This document shows, in pieces, positions 40,675 to 54,383 of a stretch of 64,000 bases of DNA (its first letter is position 1; each line of letters begins with the position of its first letter). The notes under the pieces were generated by a model. That model saw nothing but the letters and a program-made list of their open reading frames with translations, made no database searches and was not told the origin of the DNA. Source of the DNA: Octopus vulgaris (Eukaryota); the NCBI GenBank assembly GCA_951406725.2, contig OX597824.1, forward strand, positions 76,136,001 to 76,200,000, written 5' to 3'. Position numbers and translations under genes: made by a program.

Positions 40675-40918
40675 TAAATGACAAGGGTAAAAAAATTAGA
40701 ATAATTTATTACCAATGGTTATTTGCTCATTAATAGGGTAACTCGAGTATGGGATGAAGTAAAAACAATAATTCCTTTCATTCCAGTGCTTCATCGGCGT
40801 GCCTTTAGAATTATTTTTTCGTGGTTGGGTTTAACTGTCCATTTTAGCATTATGACTTTTATTACGCATGCGAACCACTGGTAATAAATTATTCTAATTT
40901 ATTTTACCCTTATGATTT
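40675..40918. repeat. ~45-bp inverted repeat pair
   Basis: AAGGGTAAAAAAATTAGAATAATTTATTACCA at 40683 is the inverse of TGGTAATAAATTATTCTAATTTATTTTACCCTT ending at 40911. Confidence 0.8.
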
Positions 40919-40924
40919 ACAGAG

Positions 40925-40960
<36 letters not shown>

Positions 40961-41088
40961 GTGGTCGTGTGGCATGTAGCTTGCTTCCCAACCACATGGC
41001 TCCGTGTTCAGTCCCACTGGGTGACACCCTCAAGCCAACCTAAGCCTTATGAATGAATTTGGCAAACAGAAACTGAAAGAAGCCTGTC

Positions 41089-41148
<60 letters not shown>

Positions 41149-41445
41149 TATGTATGTCTGTATACATGTATGTATTTATGTGTGTGTGTGTGTATCTGTG
41201 CCTGTCCCCCTGTCATCGCTTGACAACCGATGCTGTGTTGTGTATGTCCTTGTAGCTTAGCGGTTCGGCAAAATGGATCGATAGAATAAGTATTAGACTT
41301 ACAAAGAATAAGTCCTGTGTCGATTTCTTTGATTAAAACCCTTTAAGGCGGTGCTTCAGCATGGCCGCAGTCAAATGGCTGAAACATGTGAAAGAATAAA
41401 ATAATATGTGTGTGTGTGTGTATGTGCAGGTATATATATATATAT

Positions 41446-41487
<42 letters not shown>

Positions 41488-41977
41488 TTGGTGATACTAG
41501 TTGTGGGTTCTAGCTCGCTCTGATACTGAGTTGAGTTGGTGCCTTCTAGTATCTCAAAATTCAATATATAATCATTTATGATTATAGTATTCTACGCTGA
41601 AGAGAAAAGAAGTTTGGGTAACGTAGAATTATTTAATATTTAATTCTTATGCTTTCCTAAAAACTTGATTTCGAAACGTGCGTCCGTAGATAACTTAAAA
41701 TTGTATGATAGATTGCCGTCAATTCATTCTCTCTTACCTGTTTGTGTCTGCCTTCCAATTGCTGTGTTTTTTACTGAGATCTCCTTTTTAGTAGAAGAAA
41801 TAGCTATAACTCTTTGACTGCTATTTCTAAATTCGGTCTGTGGTAAGGCAATTCGTTGCTAAACCCTTTATTGCTTAGTATTACTTAAATTTTCCTCGAA
41901 TGAGGCTTTTACATGCCGAAGACTACTTGGTGTAATTGATAATTATTCCAAATTAATTAATTTCACCCTTCATTATT

Positions 41978-41981
<4 letters not shown>
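41488..41981 (+). mobile_element. ~494-bp ribozyme-bearing non-coding element between (TA)n tracts (pLTR/retrozyme-like)
   Basis: Unique sequence bounded by TA repeats; contains a hammerhead fold and an upstream hairpin GATACTAG..CTAGTATC. Confidence 0.6.
41591..41690 (+). ncRNA. Type I hammerhead ribozyme with canonical core and extended stem II
   Basis: Stem I TCTACG (41591-96) pairs with CGTAGA (41685-90); CTGAAGA 41597-603; stem II GAAA..TTTC with inner AAGTTT/AAACTT and AGAATTA/TAATTCT; GAAAC-GTGC-GTC. Confidence 0.85.
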
Positions 41982-42012
<31 letters not shown>

Positions 42013-42132
42013 CATCTACATATTTTATTCTTTTACACGTTTTTCAGCTATTTGTGTTTATATATATAATTATATATATATATATATATATACATACATA
42101 TATATACATATATATATATACATATATATATA

Positions 42133-42183
<51 letters not shown>

Positions 42184-42282
42184 TATATTTATATATATAA
42201 AGTATTAATTTATAAAAATATGGTAAAGTAAAAGAATTCACTTTACCACACATACATACATATATATATATATATATATGTA

Positions 42283-42382
<100 letters not shown>

Positions 42383-44017
42383 TATACTTTTTAATATACA
42401 AATATGTTGGCAGAAATGCGGATTGCAGCAGTTTCATGCAAGTAAACATGACATATCTTAATAGAAATTTATTGATGTTGGAAGCGACTTTTTTGCCAGT
42501 ACTTTTAATAGAGCATACAAGGAACCCTTTATAAAGGCGTTTCGCACCCATTTTACTTTTTGAGGAACCTTAAAATACATTTCATGCTCATGAAAATCCT
42601 GTATAATAATTATTATAAATCTATATATTAATCATTTTCATTCGTTTTAATAACGTAAAATGGCGCGTGAGATAAAATAAATTAACCGTGAAACTGATTT
42701 GGAAAGGCTTAGTAGTGCAAGATCCATTAGATGTCAAAAGAAGGCTTAAAAACTCCGTAATTGCTAAGATGTTGTGTAGACCAAATTCCATCCTAATTTG
42801 CGCATGCACGAGCACACACACACAAACACATACACACACACACACACTCGCCCACAGGCACACATGCACACACGCATACAAACACGTACACTCGCACACA
42901 CGCGCACTCGCACACACGCACGCACGCACACACACACACAGACAAACTTACATATGTGAACTGAAACCATGTATGTATACATATGAAACGGGCTTCCATA
43001 CAGTCTCTGTATACCAAATTCATTCACAAGGCATTGATCGACTCAAAGCTAGTGTAGAAGGCACTTGGCCAAGGTGCCGTGCAGTTGGATTGAACCCCAA
43101 ATCGTGTAGTTTCAAGGCAATCTTCCCTAATCACGTCTGTGGCTCATTGTAATTTTTTTACACACGCATAACATATTGGCTTCAAATTTTGGCACAAGGC
43201 CAGCAAGTTCGACCTCACTGCTCGACTGATACTTATTTTATCGACCCCGAAAGGCTAAAAGGCAAAGTAGACCTCGGCGGAATTTGAACTCAGAACGTAA
43301 AGACGGACAAAATGCCACTAAGCATTTTGCCAGATTTTCTAACGATTCTGCCTGCTCGCTGCCCTATACGCAGAATATATTGCCTGGCATATGGAAGAAG
43401 TAGGACACCCCTATGAGGTTAGAGACCTTTTGGTAGGGAATTATAGGGGAATTTGTTCAAAACAAGATCTTGGTTAGGGTGAGAGTTTTAAAATCTTAGT
43501 TTTGGCGTCAGACGGACTTTGCACTGCCTAAAGTTTCAAATATAGCTCAACAAAAAAATGTTGCAAAGTTGCATGATAGTGGGGTGAGATGTGGCATGCA
43601 GACTATCATATAACTTACTTGACATTCTCATTTCAGTTTTATTATTCTTTTCTTTTTTACGAATCCAGTGTGCACATGCGCATTGCGTGTTCATACGTTT
43701 TCTGTTTCTACTCAAAACTGTTTACAGATCACATGTGTTCTTATTTAGAAAAACGTTATGTTTCGAATTCACGTGATATGTGAAACATATCACCTATGAA
43801 TATGATTATTACGTGAGTAATGGCTTTTTGAAACAGTTGTTGAGATAATACATTACATAATATATTTTCTTTATTCTATAATCGGTATTTTGTGTTCAGT
43901 GTAAATATATGTCTCAAATCTGTGTTTATCTGTTTTATTCTCTCTCTTTCTTACTGAATATATATATATACGTGTATGCGCGCGCACATACATATATACA
44001 CACATACACACGCACAA

Positions 44018-44085
<68 letters not shown>

Positions 44086-44739
44086 ATATTTCCTGGTTGG
44101 CCCAGAGTTTAAGCTACCATTTAATATATTTGCATGTGTATAATGGTTGAGAAAATTTTCGGCAACTCTGTAATTACATATAAAATTTCCTTTCTCACTT
44201 GTCTCCTTCGTCTCTCCTACTCAACGCTCTCTCTCACCCTCACCATCCACAATTCACTCCCGTTGCTCCTACTTCCACACACCTGCATATTCCCACCACA
44301 CATACGTAATCACTTCTCTCATTCGTCATTACCAAACCAAACCAAACCAAACCAAACCAAGCCAAAACCAAACTAACCTAAACGCTTGGAAATCTTGAAA
44401 TCACGAAGTTTAACACGCACACCTCGGCACAACGGAAATTCAGATGCACAGCAAAACTTGCATCAGCCGTTGATAATAGCTTGTCAATGCACATCCGTGC
44501 ACACACACACACACACACACACACGCGCGCACGCACACACACACACACACAGGGAGGTACACATACACGCATCTACAACCATATATATATATTTACATCT
44601 CTCACTCTCTTCCTCTGACAATCTATCCATTTATCTATCGAGTTCATAATGGTCTGAGATGTACGAACACGTGCACCTGCGCGCGCATAACACACACACA
44701 CATACACATAACCGTCCACACATGGACGTGCACATTTAG

Positions 44740-44841
<102 letters not shown>

Positions 44842-44958
44842 AAACATACATATATACAAATTTATATTCAAGTCACATATACACATCTGCACAAACGAAG
44901 GCACACACATATTTATAGGTGAAAGAAATATCGGAGATGCTTTGCTGCAAACAAATTC

Positions 44959-45322
44959 TGGAAGCACTCCGTCGGTTACGACGATGAGGGTTCCGGTTGA
45001 TCCGAATCAACGGAACAGCTTGCTCGTGAAATTAACGTGTAAGTGGCTGAGCACTCCACAGACACGTGCACCATTAACGTTGTTCTCGGGGATTTTCAGC
45101 GTGACACAGAGAGTGTCAAGGCTGGCCCCTTGAAATATAGGTACAACAGAAACAGGAAGTAAGAGTGAGAGAAAGTTGTGGTGAAAGAGTACAGCAGGGA
45201 TCACCACCATCCCCTGCCGGAGCCTCGTGGAGCTTTTAGGTGTTTTCGCTCGGTCTGGGAATCGAAACCGCGATCCTATGACCGCGTGTCCGCTGCCCTA
45301 ACCACTGAGCCATTGCGCCTCC
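44959..45322 (-). mobile_element. SINE family B with small internal deletion
   Basis: TSD CAAACAAATTCT at 44948-59 and 45324-35. Confidence 0.9.
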
Positions 45323-45870
45323 ACAAACAAATTCTACAAGTGCTACATAAAGATTAAGCAAGCTTCTTCCCATTTTTATGGTTCCGCAAGCATTCACATT
45401 CTTAGGAACCCCTCTCTATCATCAACCCGCATCTCAAGGTCACAAGCGTTTTACCCCTTAGCCTATACGTCTCGTCTGACTGTTGCAGCAACAACAAAGC
45501 TAAACTTCATCTGCAGACGGGTTTAATCGGTTGTTTCTTGCCATCACAACCATTTTGAACTGGTCTTAGATGTAGCTGCCTTTGTCCTACTAATATGGAA
45601 TGAAAACTTAATATAATAGCATGAAATAGCAACATCATCAGGAGTGGCTGTGTAGCAAGTAGCTTGCTTACTAACCACATGGTTTCGGGTTCAGTCATAC
45701 GCGGGTCCATCTCATACACACACATGCACAAACACACAAAAGTGTGTGTATGTATATATGTATGCATGCTTCTCTTTCTCTCTGTCTGTGTCTGTCTGTA
45801 TCTCTCTCTCGTTATATACATACATACAAACATAAATACATACATACACACACACACACATATATATATA

Positions 45871-45919
<49 letters not shown>

Positions 45920-46149
45920 CCAGCCGAGATTGCAAAGATAATCTGGATCTCGACTGAGGAAAGAAAACTCCGTCCTTGTTTTCTTTGTATCGTCTATCTG
46001 GATGTTTTGTTGTCCCATTTTTGTATCACGCAGCTCTCTGGATGTTTTGCATTCTTGTCCTATTTTGTGTGTGTGTGTGTATATATATATAGGAGAGGAA
46101 AAATTATAAAAAGGCAGAATGCTAAATTGAAGGTAAATTTTAATAAAAA

Positions 46150-46920
46150 TGGGTGGTGGTATCAAAATGTTCCCGGTCTAGTTATGTTTAATAAAAAGTA
46201 GCTTATTTACCTAACTTTTTAACATCCTCTCCTTCGAAATAGTTACCTTGCGCAGCAATGCAACAGTCCCAGTGTTACTGTTACTTTTGGAATCCAGCCT
46301 GGGAATGGTTTTCCGATTCGCTCTGGATCTCGACAACTGAGTTAAAACGGCGATCTTTGAGCTGCCTTTTCATCTGGGAGAAGAGATGGTAGCCCGCAGA
46401 TGCTAAATCTAGCAAAAGGGTGGGTGTGGAGGTGATACTTTGTTGTTTTGGGCAAGAAATTCACGAGTGAGGAGAACTTTGTGACAAGGTGCATTATCGT
46501 TATGAAGAAGCCAATTCGTTGCGCTCTACAGATCTAGTCGCTTTCACCGAATGTCGCCGCCTCAAACGCTTCAAAACTTTGCCGTAGAACTCTCGATTGA
46601 CGATCTGGCTCTAGGTGACGAATTCTCGATGCACGATACCGCGAATGTCAGAAAAAAAAAAAACGACGAGCATACTTATGATTGAGCTGCGGCTTTGTCG
46701 CGCCATTTGAGGCGCCCATGCCACTCGAAACATTGCGTACGACCCATTGTCTTTTCACCGTAAATATGCCGAAGCATGCTCAATGTCTCTGTAGCAGGCT
46801 TTCCAAGTTTAATGCAAAATTTCCCGCTGGCTCTTTGTTCCAGCTTCTTGTCCATGACAAAAATTGCAGACTACAGCATACAAGTGGTCACGAAAACACA
46901 AGTTTTATTACTTCTCAAGT
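46150..46920 (-). mobile_element. Internally deleted mariner transposon remnant
   Basis: From ATG 46855: MDKKLEQRASGKFCIKLGKPATETLSMLRHIYGEKTMGRTQCFEWH (mariner HTH); LHNDNAPCH; C-terminal WDCCIAAQGNYFEG; TIR-like GGTATCAAAATGTTCCCGG at ~46158. Confidence 0.85.
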
Positions 46921-47829
46921 GTTTGCATGTGTGTGTGTGTGTGTGTGTGTGTCGTCTACTATAACCTCGGGCCGACCAAAGCCTTGTGAGTGGATTTGAT
47001 AGACGGAAACTGTATTTATGTTTATCTCATCACCGTTTGACGGCCGGTGTTGCTACATTTATGTCTCCGTAAAATAGCGATTCGGCAAAAGACAGCGATG
47101 AAACAGATATTAGACTCAAAACAATAAGTACTGGACTCGATTATCAACTCGACCAAACCTTTAGAGGCGGAGCGTCAGCTTGGCTGCAATCTAGTGACTG
47201 AAGTTACAGATAAACGACATCCTTGTTAATTTCTTATGCTTACTTTAGAGCTATAACCTTTTGAAGACCATTAACATTTCAAGACCTTATCGTACTCGTT
47301 TTCTCGTGACATAGGGTCGTTGTTGCTACCTCATTGTCATGATCGGAAAAGCTTTTCCGATTTACCTGCCGTCTCTACCTCATCCGAAGAGAATTAAAAT
47401 CCAAATTACGTTTCAATCAAATATTTGCAGAAAATATTTCTTATCAACTTCCATCGAACTTCACTTTCTTCGTTTTCAACTCGTTGGCAATGTACTCTTA
47501 GTACTGTTCCGTTTGTTAGACTGTACTTAAGAGACATACAGCCATTTCGGAAACAAATTATATCAGCAAATATTAAGTGAATAATTATCGTAGGTGAAAC
47601 ATAATTAAATTAAATAAAATAAATATTTGAAAAAAGAAAAGAAAAATTAAAATATTATATGTATTATCTAATTAACGAAAGAATGAATTTTTACAGGAAG
47701 AACATATCTCCCTTGTGAACAACCAATGAGAAATGAAAAAAAACCACATTGCATAGTGTCACACACACACACACACACACACAATGATGTAGATTAAAAA
47801 TATCTCTAGCATATAAATATAAACAAATT

Positions 47830-48480
47830 ACAGAATATCGGCACGCCGGGCAAACCATGATATTGGCTAAAACCGTATTCTAAAAATTCGACGCACAAAA
47901 TATCAGGCCTTGAGTTCATAGTAAAAAAATAGATAGAATATCGATAGAATTAATACCAGTTACATACTAGGTAACTATGTAACCGAAATCATCATCTCCT
48001 CAAAATTGCTGGCGTTGTGCTAAAACTAGAAAGAATCGGTGAACTGACAAAATCGCTACCGCACCGACCGAAATGTTTAGCAGTATTTGGTCCCTCTTTA
48101 TGTTCTGAGTTCAAACTCCGCCGAGGTCGACCTTGCTTTTCATCCATTCGAGGTCGATAAAATAAGTATCAGTTGGGAGCTGGGGTCGATGTGATCGATT
48201 TTGTCCTACCCCCCCCAAAAAAAAAATTACTGGCCTTGTACCAATATTTGAAACCAATATTAGAATTTAGTGGCAGAATCGTAAGAGCTTCGGGACAAAA
48301 TGCCATGCAGTATTTATTTCTGCACTTCCTGTTCTGAGTTCAAACTCGTTAGGTCATCTTTGCCTTTCATTCTTCCAAGGTTGATTAAATAAAGTACCGG
48401 TCAGGTACTGAAATACATTTAATCAACTCCTACCCAAACATTTCTGCTCTCCACCAAATTTCTGTTCATGTGTTTATCTT
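47830..48480 (+). mobile_element. Cluster of old SINE family A copies
   Basis: Degenerate GTTCTGAGTTCAAA..GGTCGA cores at ~48102 and ~48331. Confidence 0.65.
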
Positions 48481-50473
48481 AGATAAAGCAAATTATTTGC
48501 ATTTCAGTGGTTAATGTGAATTTGCATAGAGTGGACGACCCTAATAAGCGGAGATTCTTCAATGCAATTATCGTAATGGTAACAGACCCGCTACAATAAT
48601 GCATCGTTTATAATGCGAGCCTTTCAAGTTTAAGAGCCATAATGCATCTGATTAAACATTTCAACGAACTAAAATGTTTTTCAAATAAAATGCCTCTCAA
48701 CTCTATAACCTTTTACTTGAATATAATTGAATTGCTGGTGTCAGAGAATCCTTAGAAAGCCGACCAAGCGAAAATCTATTGAGACACATACAAGTACTTC
48801 ATCAATTTCACTTAACACAAAGATAGCATCAACAAGTGTTGGATGACTTCAGCATATTGTTGGTGATTATATGAAAGCTACAGACAATAGAATGTTTTAA
48901 ACGTTCCGCAAAAAGCCACGGGGAGATAATTGAAGAAACAAATCCAATTACGGAATTTGAAGTCCAAAACTTTGTGCCCATAATTTCATTTTTTTTTCCT
49001 TGTAATATGCATAATGTTCCTGAAACAAGTAGAAACTAGATTAGAGGTTTATTGTAACAGTACTGCACCAAGTCCTATTCCGCTTGTTATTAAAATATTA
49101 TCCTACAAGGATCGAATTTTGCTGTTTAATGAAAGGTTAGCCTTTACTCAATGCTCTTTATGATCAAAACCATTCTAGTTATGACAAGCCAAGTAATTTT
49201 TTTTATTAAGACACAGCTTAATTAAGACATTATTCAACAAAACAATTCTTCAAAACTGATAGGCTTTATTTCGAGAGAGATTTGGATGCTGCTTACTACA
49301 GATCGAGTGGCTATGTGTGTTGGTTCTTTCATTGTCTCTAGTTTGGTCTGACGATCGTTAGGTCACGGGTTCGACTTCCAGTTCAGACAGTGCGTTATGT
49401 CCTTGAGCAAAGCACTTCACTTCACGTTACAACAATCAAACCAACTGGAAATGAGTACTGGTCGAGAGTTAGTGCAGCCTTCCTTACCTCCGAATGTCAC
49501 ATCCTTGACGTTCCTGTCAAGGATGGTAGGTCCAGAAAAGTATCTTGGTCCCGCTACCCTGTTCGTGACTACCTAGACACCTAAGATAACTAGCAGAAAC
49601 ATGATACGAGCTATCTTTGACAAATGGAGTCTAGGATTCGGTATTTTGGGTTCACAGTTTTACAGATGTTTCGATCATTTTCACCTCATCAGAATTAGTT
49701 CGAGGCAGATTTGTAAACGTACAAACTAATGTTTAAATAATTTTATATATTTAATTCTGCTCTCCGAAGCATTTAATATTTTATTTAGTTTGTGTATGCT
49801 TTTGTTCAGATGAAAACAAACACAGTCTGAAAATGCTTGTTAAAATATTTACCTTCTGAGTTGCAGAACGAGTTTAATCAGAGTTTGATCAGACTTATTA
49901 AAGATTTTCCAGTTTCTTTATTAGACCATTATACTGAGAATTTTAACAATAGCGTCCCATGTAACTAAGGAGAACACTAATTTACATTATTTACAAGTGA
50001 CAAATTTACCTTATTTACATTTGACATAGGCGTAGGAGTGGCTGTGTGGTAAGTAGTTTGCCTACGAACCACATGGTCCCAGGTTCAGTCCCACTGCGTG
50101 GTACTTTGGGCAAGTGTCTTCTACTATCGCCTCGGGCCGACCAAAGCCTTGTCAGTGGATTTGGTCGACGGAAATTGAAAGAAGGCTGTCGTATATATGT
50201 ATATATATGTATATATGTATGTGTGTGTATATGTTTGTGTGTCTGTGTTTGTCCCACCAACATCGTTTGACAACCGATGATGGTGTGTTTACGTCCCCGT
50301 AACTTAGCGGTTCGGCAAAAGAGACCGATGAAATAAGTACTAGGCTTACAAAGCATAAGTCCTGGGGTTGCTTTGCTCGACTAAAGGCGGTGTTCCAGCA
50401 TGGCCACAGTCAAATGACTGAAACAAGTAAAAGAATAAAGAGTAGATATTTGTGCTCATCTTGTTTGTGGTTA

Positions 50474-50517
50474 ACACAACCTTTCGGTTGATATACCCGC
50501 CAGGCTTCATCAGGTGT
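50474..50517 (-). ncRNA. Degenerate minimal hammerhead-like motif (Penelope type)
   Basis: The minus strand reads ACAC CTGATGA A GCCTG..CAACC GAAAGGTT GTGT. Stem I is intact; stem II and stem III carry substitutions. Confidence 0.4.
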
Positions 50518-51094
50518 CTTGGGGAAATTTCGAACCTGGGTTCTCATTCCTAAGGTATTATTCGATGTTATTATTATTATTATTACTATTATTATTATTA
50601 TTCAGGTCACTGCCTGGAATCGAACTTAGAATCTTAGTAAACCGCGCTCTTAACCACTACGCTATTTGCCCGTGGGCATAAGGAGAACACATCGGTAATT
50701 TATTAATCAAACGGGCAGTCAAAAATGCATTACAAAAGCAGCAAATTTGTTTAATAGCTTTGCTTCGTCCCTTAATAATAATGGCATTTATCCTTCAGCA
50801 ACAGTGATTTAGTAATAGTGGCTTATATACATGTCTGTTTACTGACGAAATCACAATATAGGATTGAAACCAGCCCGGCCAATCCAGCTCTCTCTTTTCT
50901 CTCTCCAGTGATATGTTATATGAAAACAAAGCGCTTACATCTCTCTAATGACGTAGAATTGCAAAAAAAAAAAAAAAAAAATTTGAGATTTATTAAGTAG
51001 CAGAGAATGGTATCGAAACAAAATCACTTTTAACGCCCCGATAATTTATGTATATGTGTATATGAATGCGTGTGTAAATGTGTGTGTATATGTA

Positions 51095-51152
<58 letters not shown>

Positions 51153-51180
51153 ATATTAAATTAGAGATAAAACCACTATA

Positions 51181-51275
<95 letters not shown>

Positions 51276-51404
51276 ATGCATGAATAAGATGCACATGTGT
51301 TTGACGTAAGAGGGCATGCCGCAGAGATGTTCATGCATACACCTACAAAGAACATTCATACATTCGAGCAAACACACACACAAATGTATGTATGTGTGTG
51401 TATG

Positions 51405-51554
<150 letters not shown>

Positions 51555-51569
51555 GCATATATATGTATG

Positions 51570-51619
<50 letters not shown>

Positions 51620-51719
51620 CATATATATATACATAATATGAAAATATCCCCTCATCTGTACATGACAGTAGACCCCTTGAGGTGTCATTGTTTCATTGAT
51701 ACCATTCTCTGCTACAATC

Positions 51720-51943
51720 GCCCAACTGGCTAGCACCTCTAGCACTAATACCAAAACCGTCGCCGTCACCACCAGAACCACCACCACCACCACCACCACC
51801 ATTAATAGTGGTGGCGAAGATGACGACGGCCACTATCACCACGGTCATCACCACCGCCACCACCAATAACATAAATTCTCAGCATCACAGCTACTACTAT
51901 TAACAATACTATAATTACTACCACTGCTGCTGCTACTACTGCA

Positions 51944-51987
<44 letters not shown>

Positions 51988-52220
51988 CAAAATCAATACC
52001 ATCACTGCTACTATTACTACTATCATGATAAACACCACCACCACCACCATCGCCACCATTTCCACTACGAAATGCACCACCATCGATTCCACCAACCAGC
52101 CAACCACCACCACTACCACTACCAAAACCATCACTACTATCACCCCCTCCGCCGCCTCCGCCACCAAAACCACCACCACCACCACCACCACCAACGTCAT
52201 CAATAACAGCATCAACAGGA
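51720..52220. repeat. Compound trinucleotide repeats (CAC/TAC/CAT)n
   Basis: Direct inspection; similar tracts at 11402-11468, 36556-36726, 37130-37260 and 39360-39600. Confidence 0.9.
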
Positions 52221-53334
52221 GCCACTCTATATGGTTAGTCACAAAGACACATTTGGGAATCGCAGTCTACAGTCGCTCCCTGAAAAGGAGGGTTTGTCAT
52301 GGCTGGAACGCCTTTGATCACAGGTCTGTTCGATTACAGCAGTGCTGGGGCTAAGTAACAACACTACCATGAACATTACACGTACCACAAAATGTAGGAG
52401 CCATGTGTGGTCGATCACATGCTAGAAACAGTAGCCATAGTCTCTCAAATCACGCCCATCCATGTTATAAAATGAAAGGACACATTGGACAATGTTATGT
52501 TAGATATAGAAGTAAATGAGATGGCTACAATTGGATTTCCATTGATTAGGAAGTGTTTATCTGCTCTTGTAGGTCCGGCATAGGGCAGCGGACTCACGAT
52601 CGTAGGAGCGCGATTTCGATTCCCAGAGTGGGTGTTTATTGAGCAAAAACACCTAAGCTCCACGAGGCTCCGGCGGGGGTGGAGTAGGGTGGGGTGAACC
52701 CTGCTGTACTCTTTCAACACAACTTTCTGTCACTCTTTCTTCCTACTTCTGCCACAAAGCAGAGGAGCCATGGTGTAACCCACTATGGTGTGGCAAACTT
52801 TCAGACCCTTGTCTGGATTGCGAATCCTCTGTACCCCAGGATGGTTCAGCTCTCCACCCGTTAAAAGCCACCGTTTATGGAATGAGGATAACAACATAAC
52901 TTGTTGTTATCCTCAATCCGTGTGGTGGGTGGATCTTCAAGTTTCCACACACATTCTTAGTAGTTTAGTGTAGGCTCGAATTAGAGATTATTCTGTGTGG
53001 CTAATGGCGTGTGTCCTGACTGGAAGAAAAAGATCGCAACTACTACAAGCTCATCCGACATGGTTTAATGGTTAGAATTCATAGCTTGCAACCAAGACGC
53101 CGAGGTTCGATATACATACATATGAGTACACACCTACATATATATGTATATATACATGCAACGAAAAAAAACAAACAGAGAAACGAGACATGCAACATAA
53201 AGAATATTCCCCTTCTTCAGTTCTCCCTATTTCATCTACTCTGCGTAGCGAAGGCAAGGACAATACGCGACTTCGTTGAAACAGGCCTTCTATATTAATA
53301 TTATTATATGATCGAACGCCACGCATCCTTTTCC

Positions 53335-53399
<65 letters not shown>

Positions 53400-53407
53400 C
53401 ATATATA

Positions 53408-53680
53408 TATAAATCAATAAGTTTCCAGCCGAGTCTGATTTTCACGTTTATTATTTACGATTTTACAATATTGTAGTGATAAAATATTATATATGTATTA
53501 TAATAAAACTGATACTGTCATACATTAAGCAATTATCAGGTTTATGTAGAAGTTGTAACAGTCGCGTTCCACAGTCAATTTATCACAATAAATATATAAT
53601 ATTCTGTTATTATAACATTGTAAATATTGCAAATAATAAAACGGGAAAATCAGACTAAGTTGGAATTTCATTCATTAATG
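53408..53680. repeat. Fold-back (MITE-like) element with ~100-bp diverged inverted arms
   Basis: TTCCAGCCGAGTCTGATTTTCACGTTTATTATTT.. is the inverse of ..AAATAATAAAACGGGAAAATCAGACTAAGTTGGAA. Confidence 0.75.
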
Positions 53681-53712
53681 TATTCTTCTGTACGCAGTCA
53701 TGCAAACTTGGA

Positions 53713-53814
<102 letters not shown>

Positions 53815-54167
53815 GTTTCTTATTTGCAAAAAAAAAAGAAATATAACATGTGACTTCATTGACCGAGGTTACCGTGGTCTTTTCCGTAGGCTTTTCTTTC
53901 CACGGGTAAACCTCACCTGTCCTCCCCTTTACACTTCATATTGACATTTCTGTGATAACGATCCCTATTGATCAAAATTTTTTTCCTTCCCCCTACCTTT
54001 TTTTTTAAAAATTTTATTTTATCGCCCCCTTTTTTTGTCCTCTTTCTTTCCATTTACGATCCCTTTTGATCGAAAACCAAACCCCCTTCTTTTACCCCCA
54101 AAAGAAAAGCTCTACCTTGTAATTTTGTCTTGTCTGTGTGCAGCCCTGTGTGGCTAATAAAGAAACA

Positions 54168-54240
<73 letters not shown>

Positions 54241-54383
54241 GTCTGTCTGTCAGTCTGCCTATCTGTCTGTCTGCTTGCCTGTCTGACTGTCGATCTGTCT
54301 GTCTTGTCTGTCTGCCTGTCTATCTGTCTATCTACGATGAACTAATCACCATCAACAGCGTCCAGAGGTTCAAACCCACTGCT

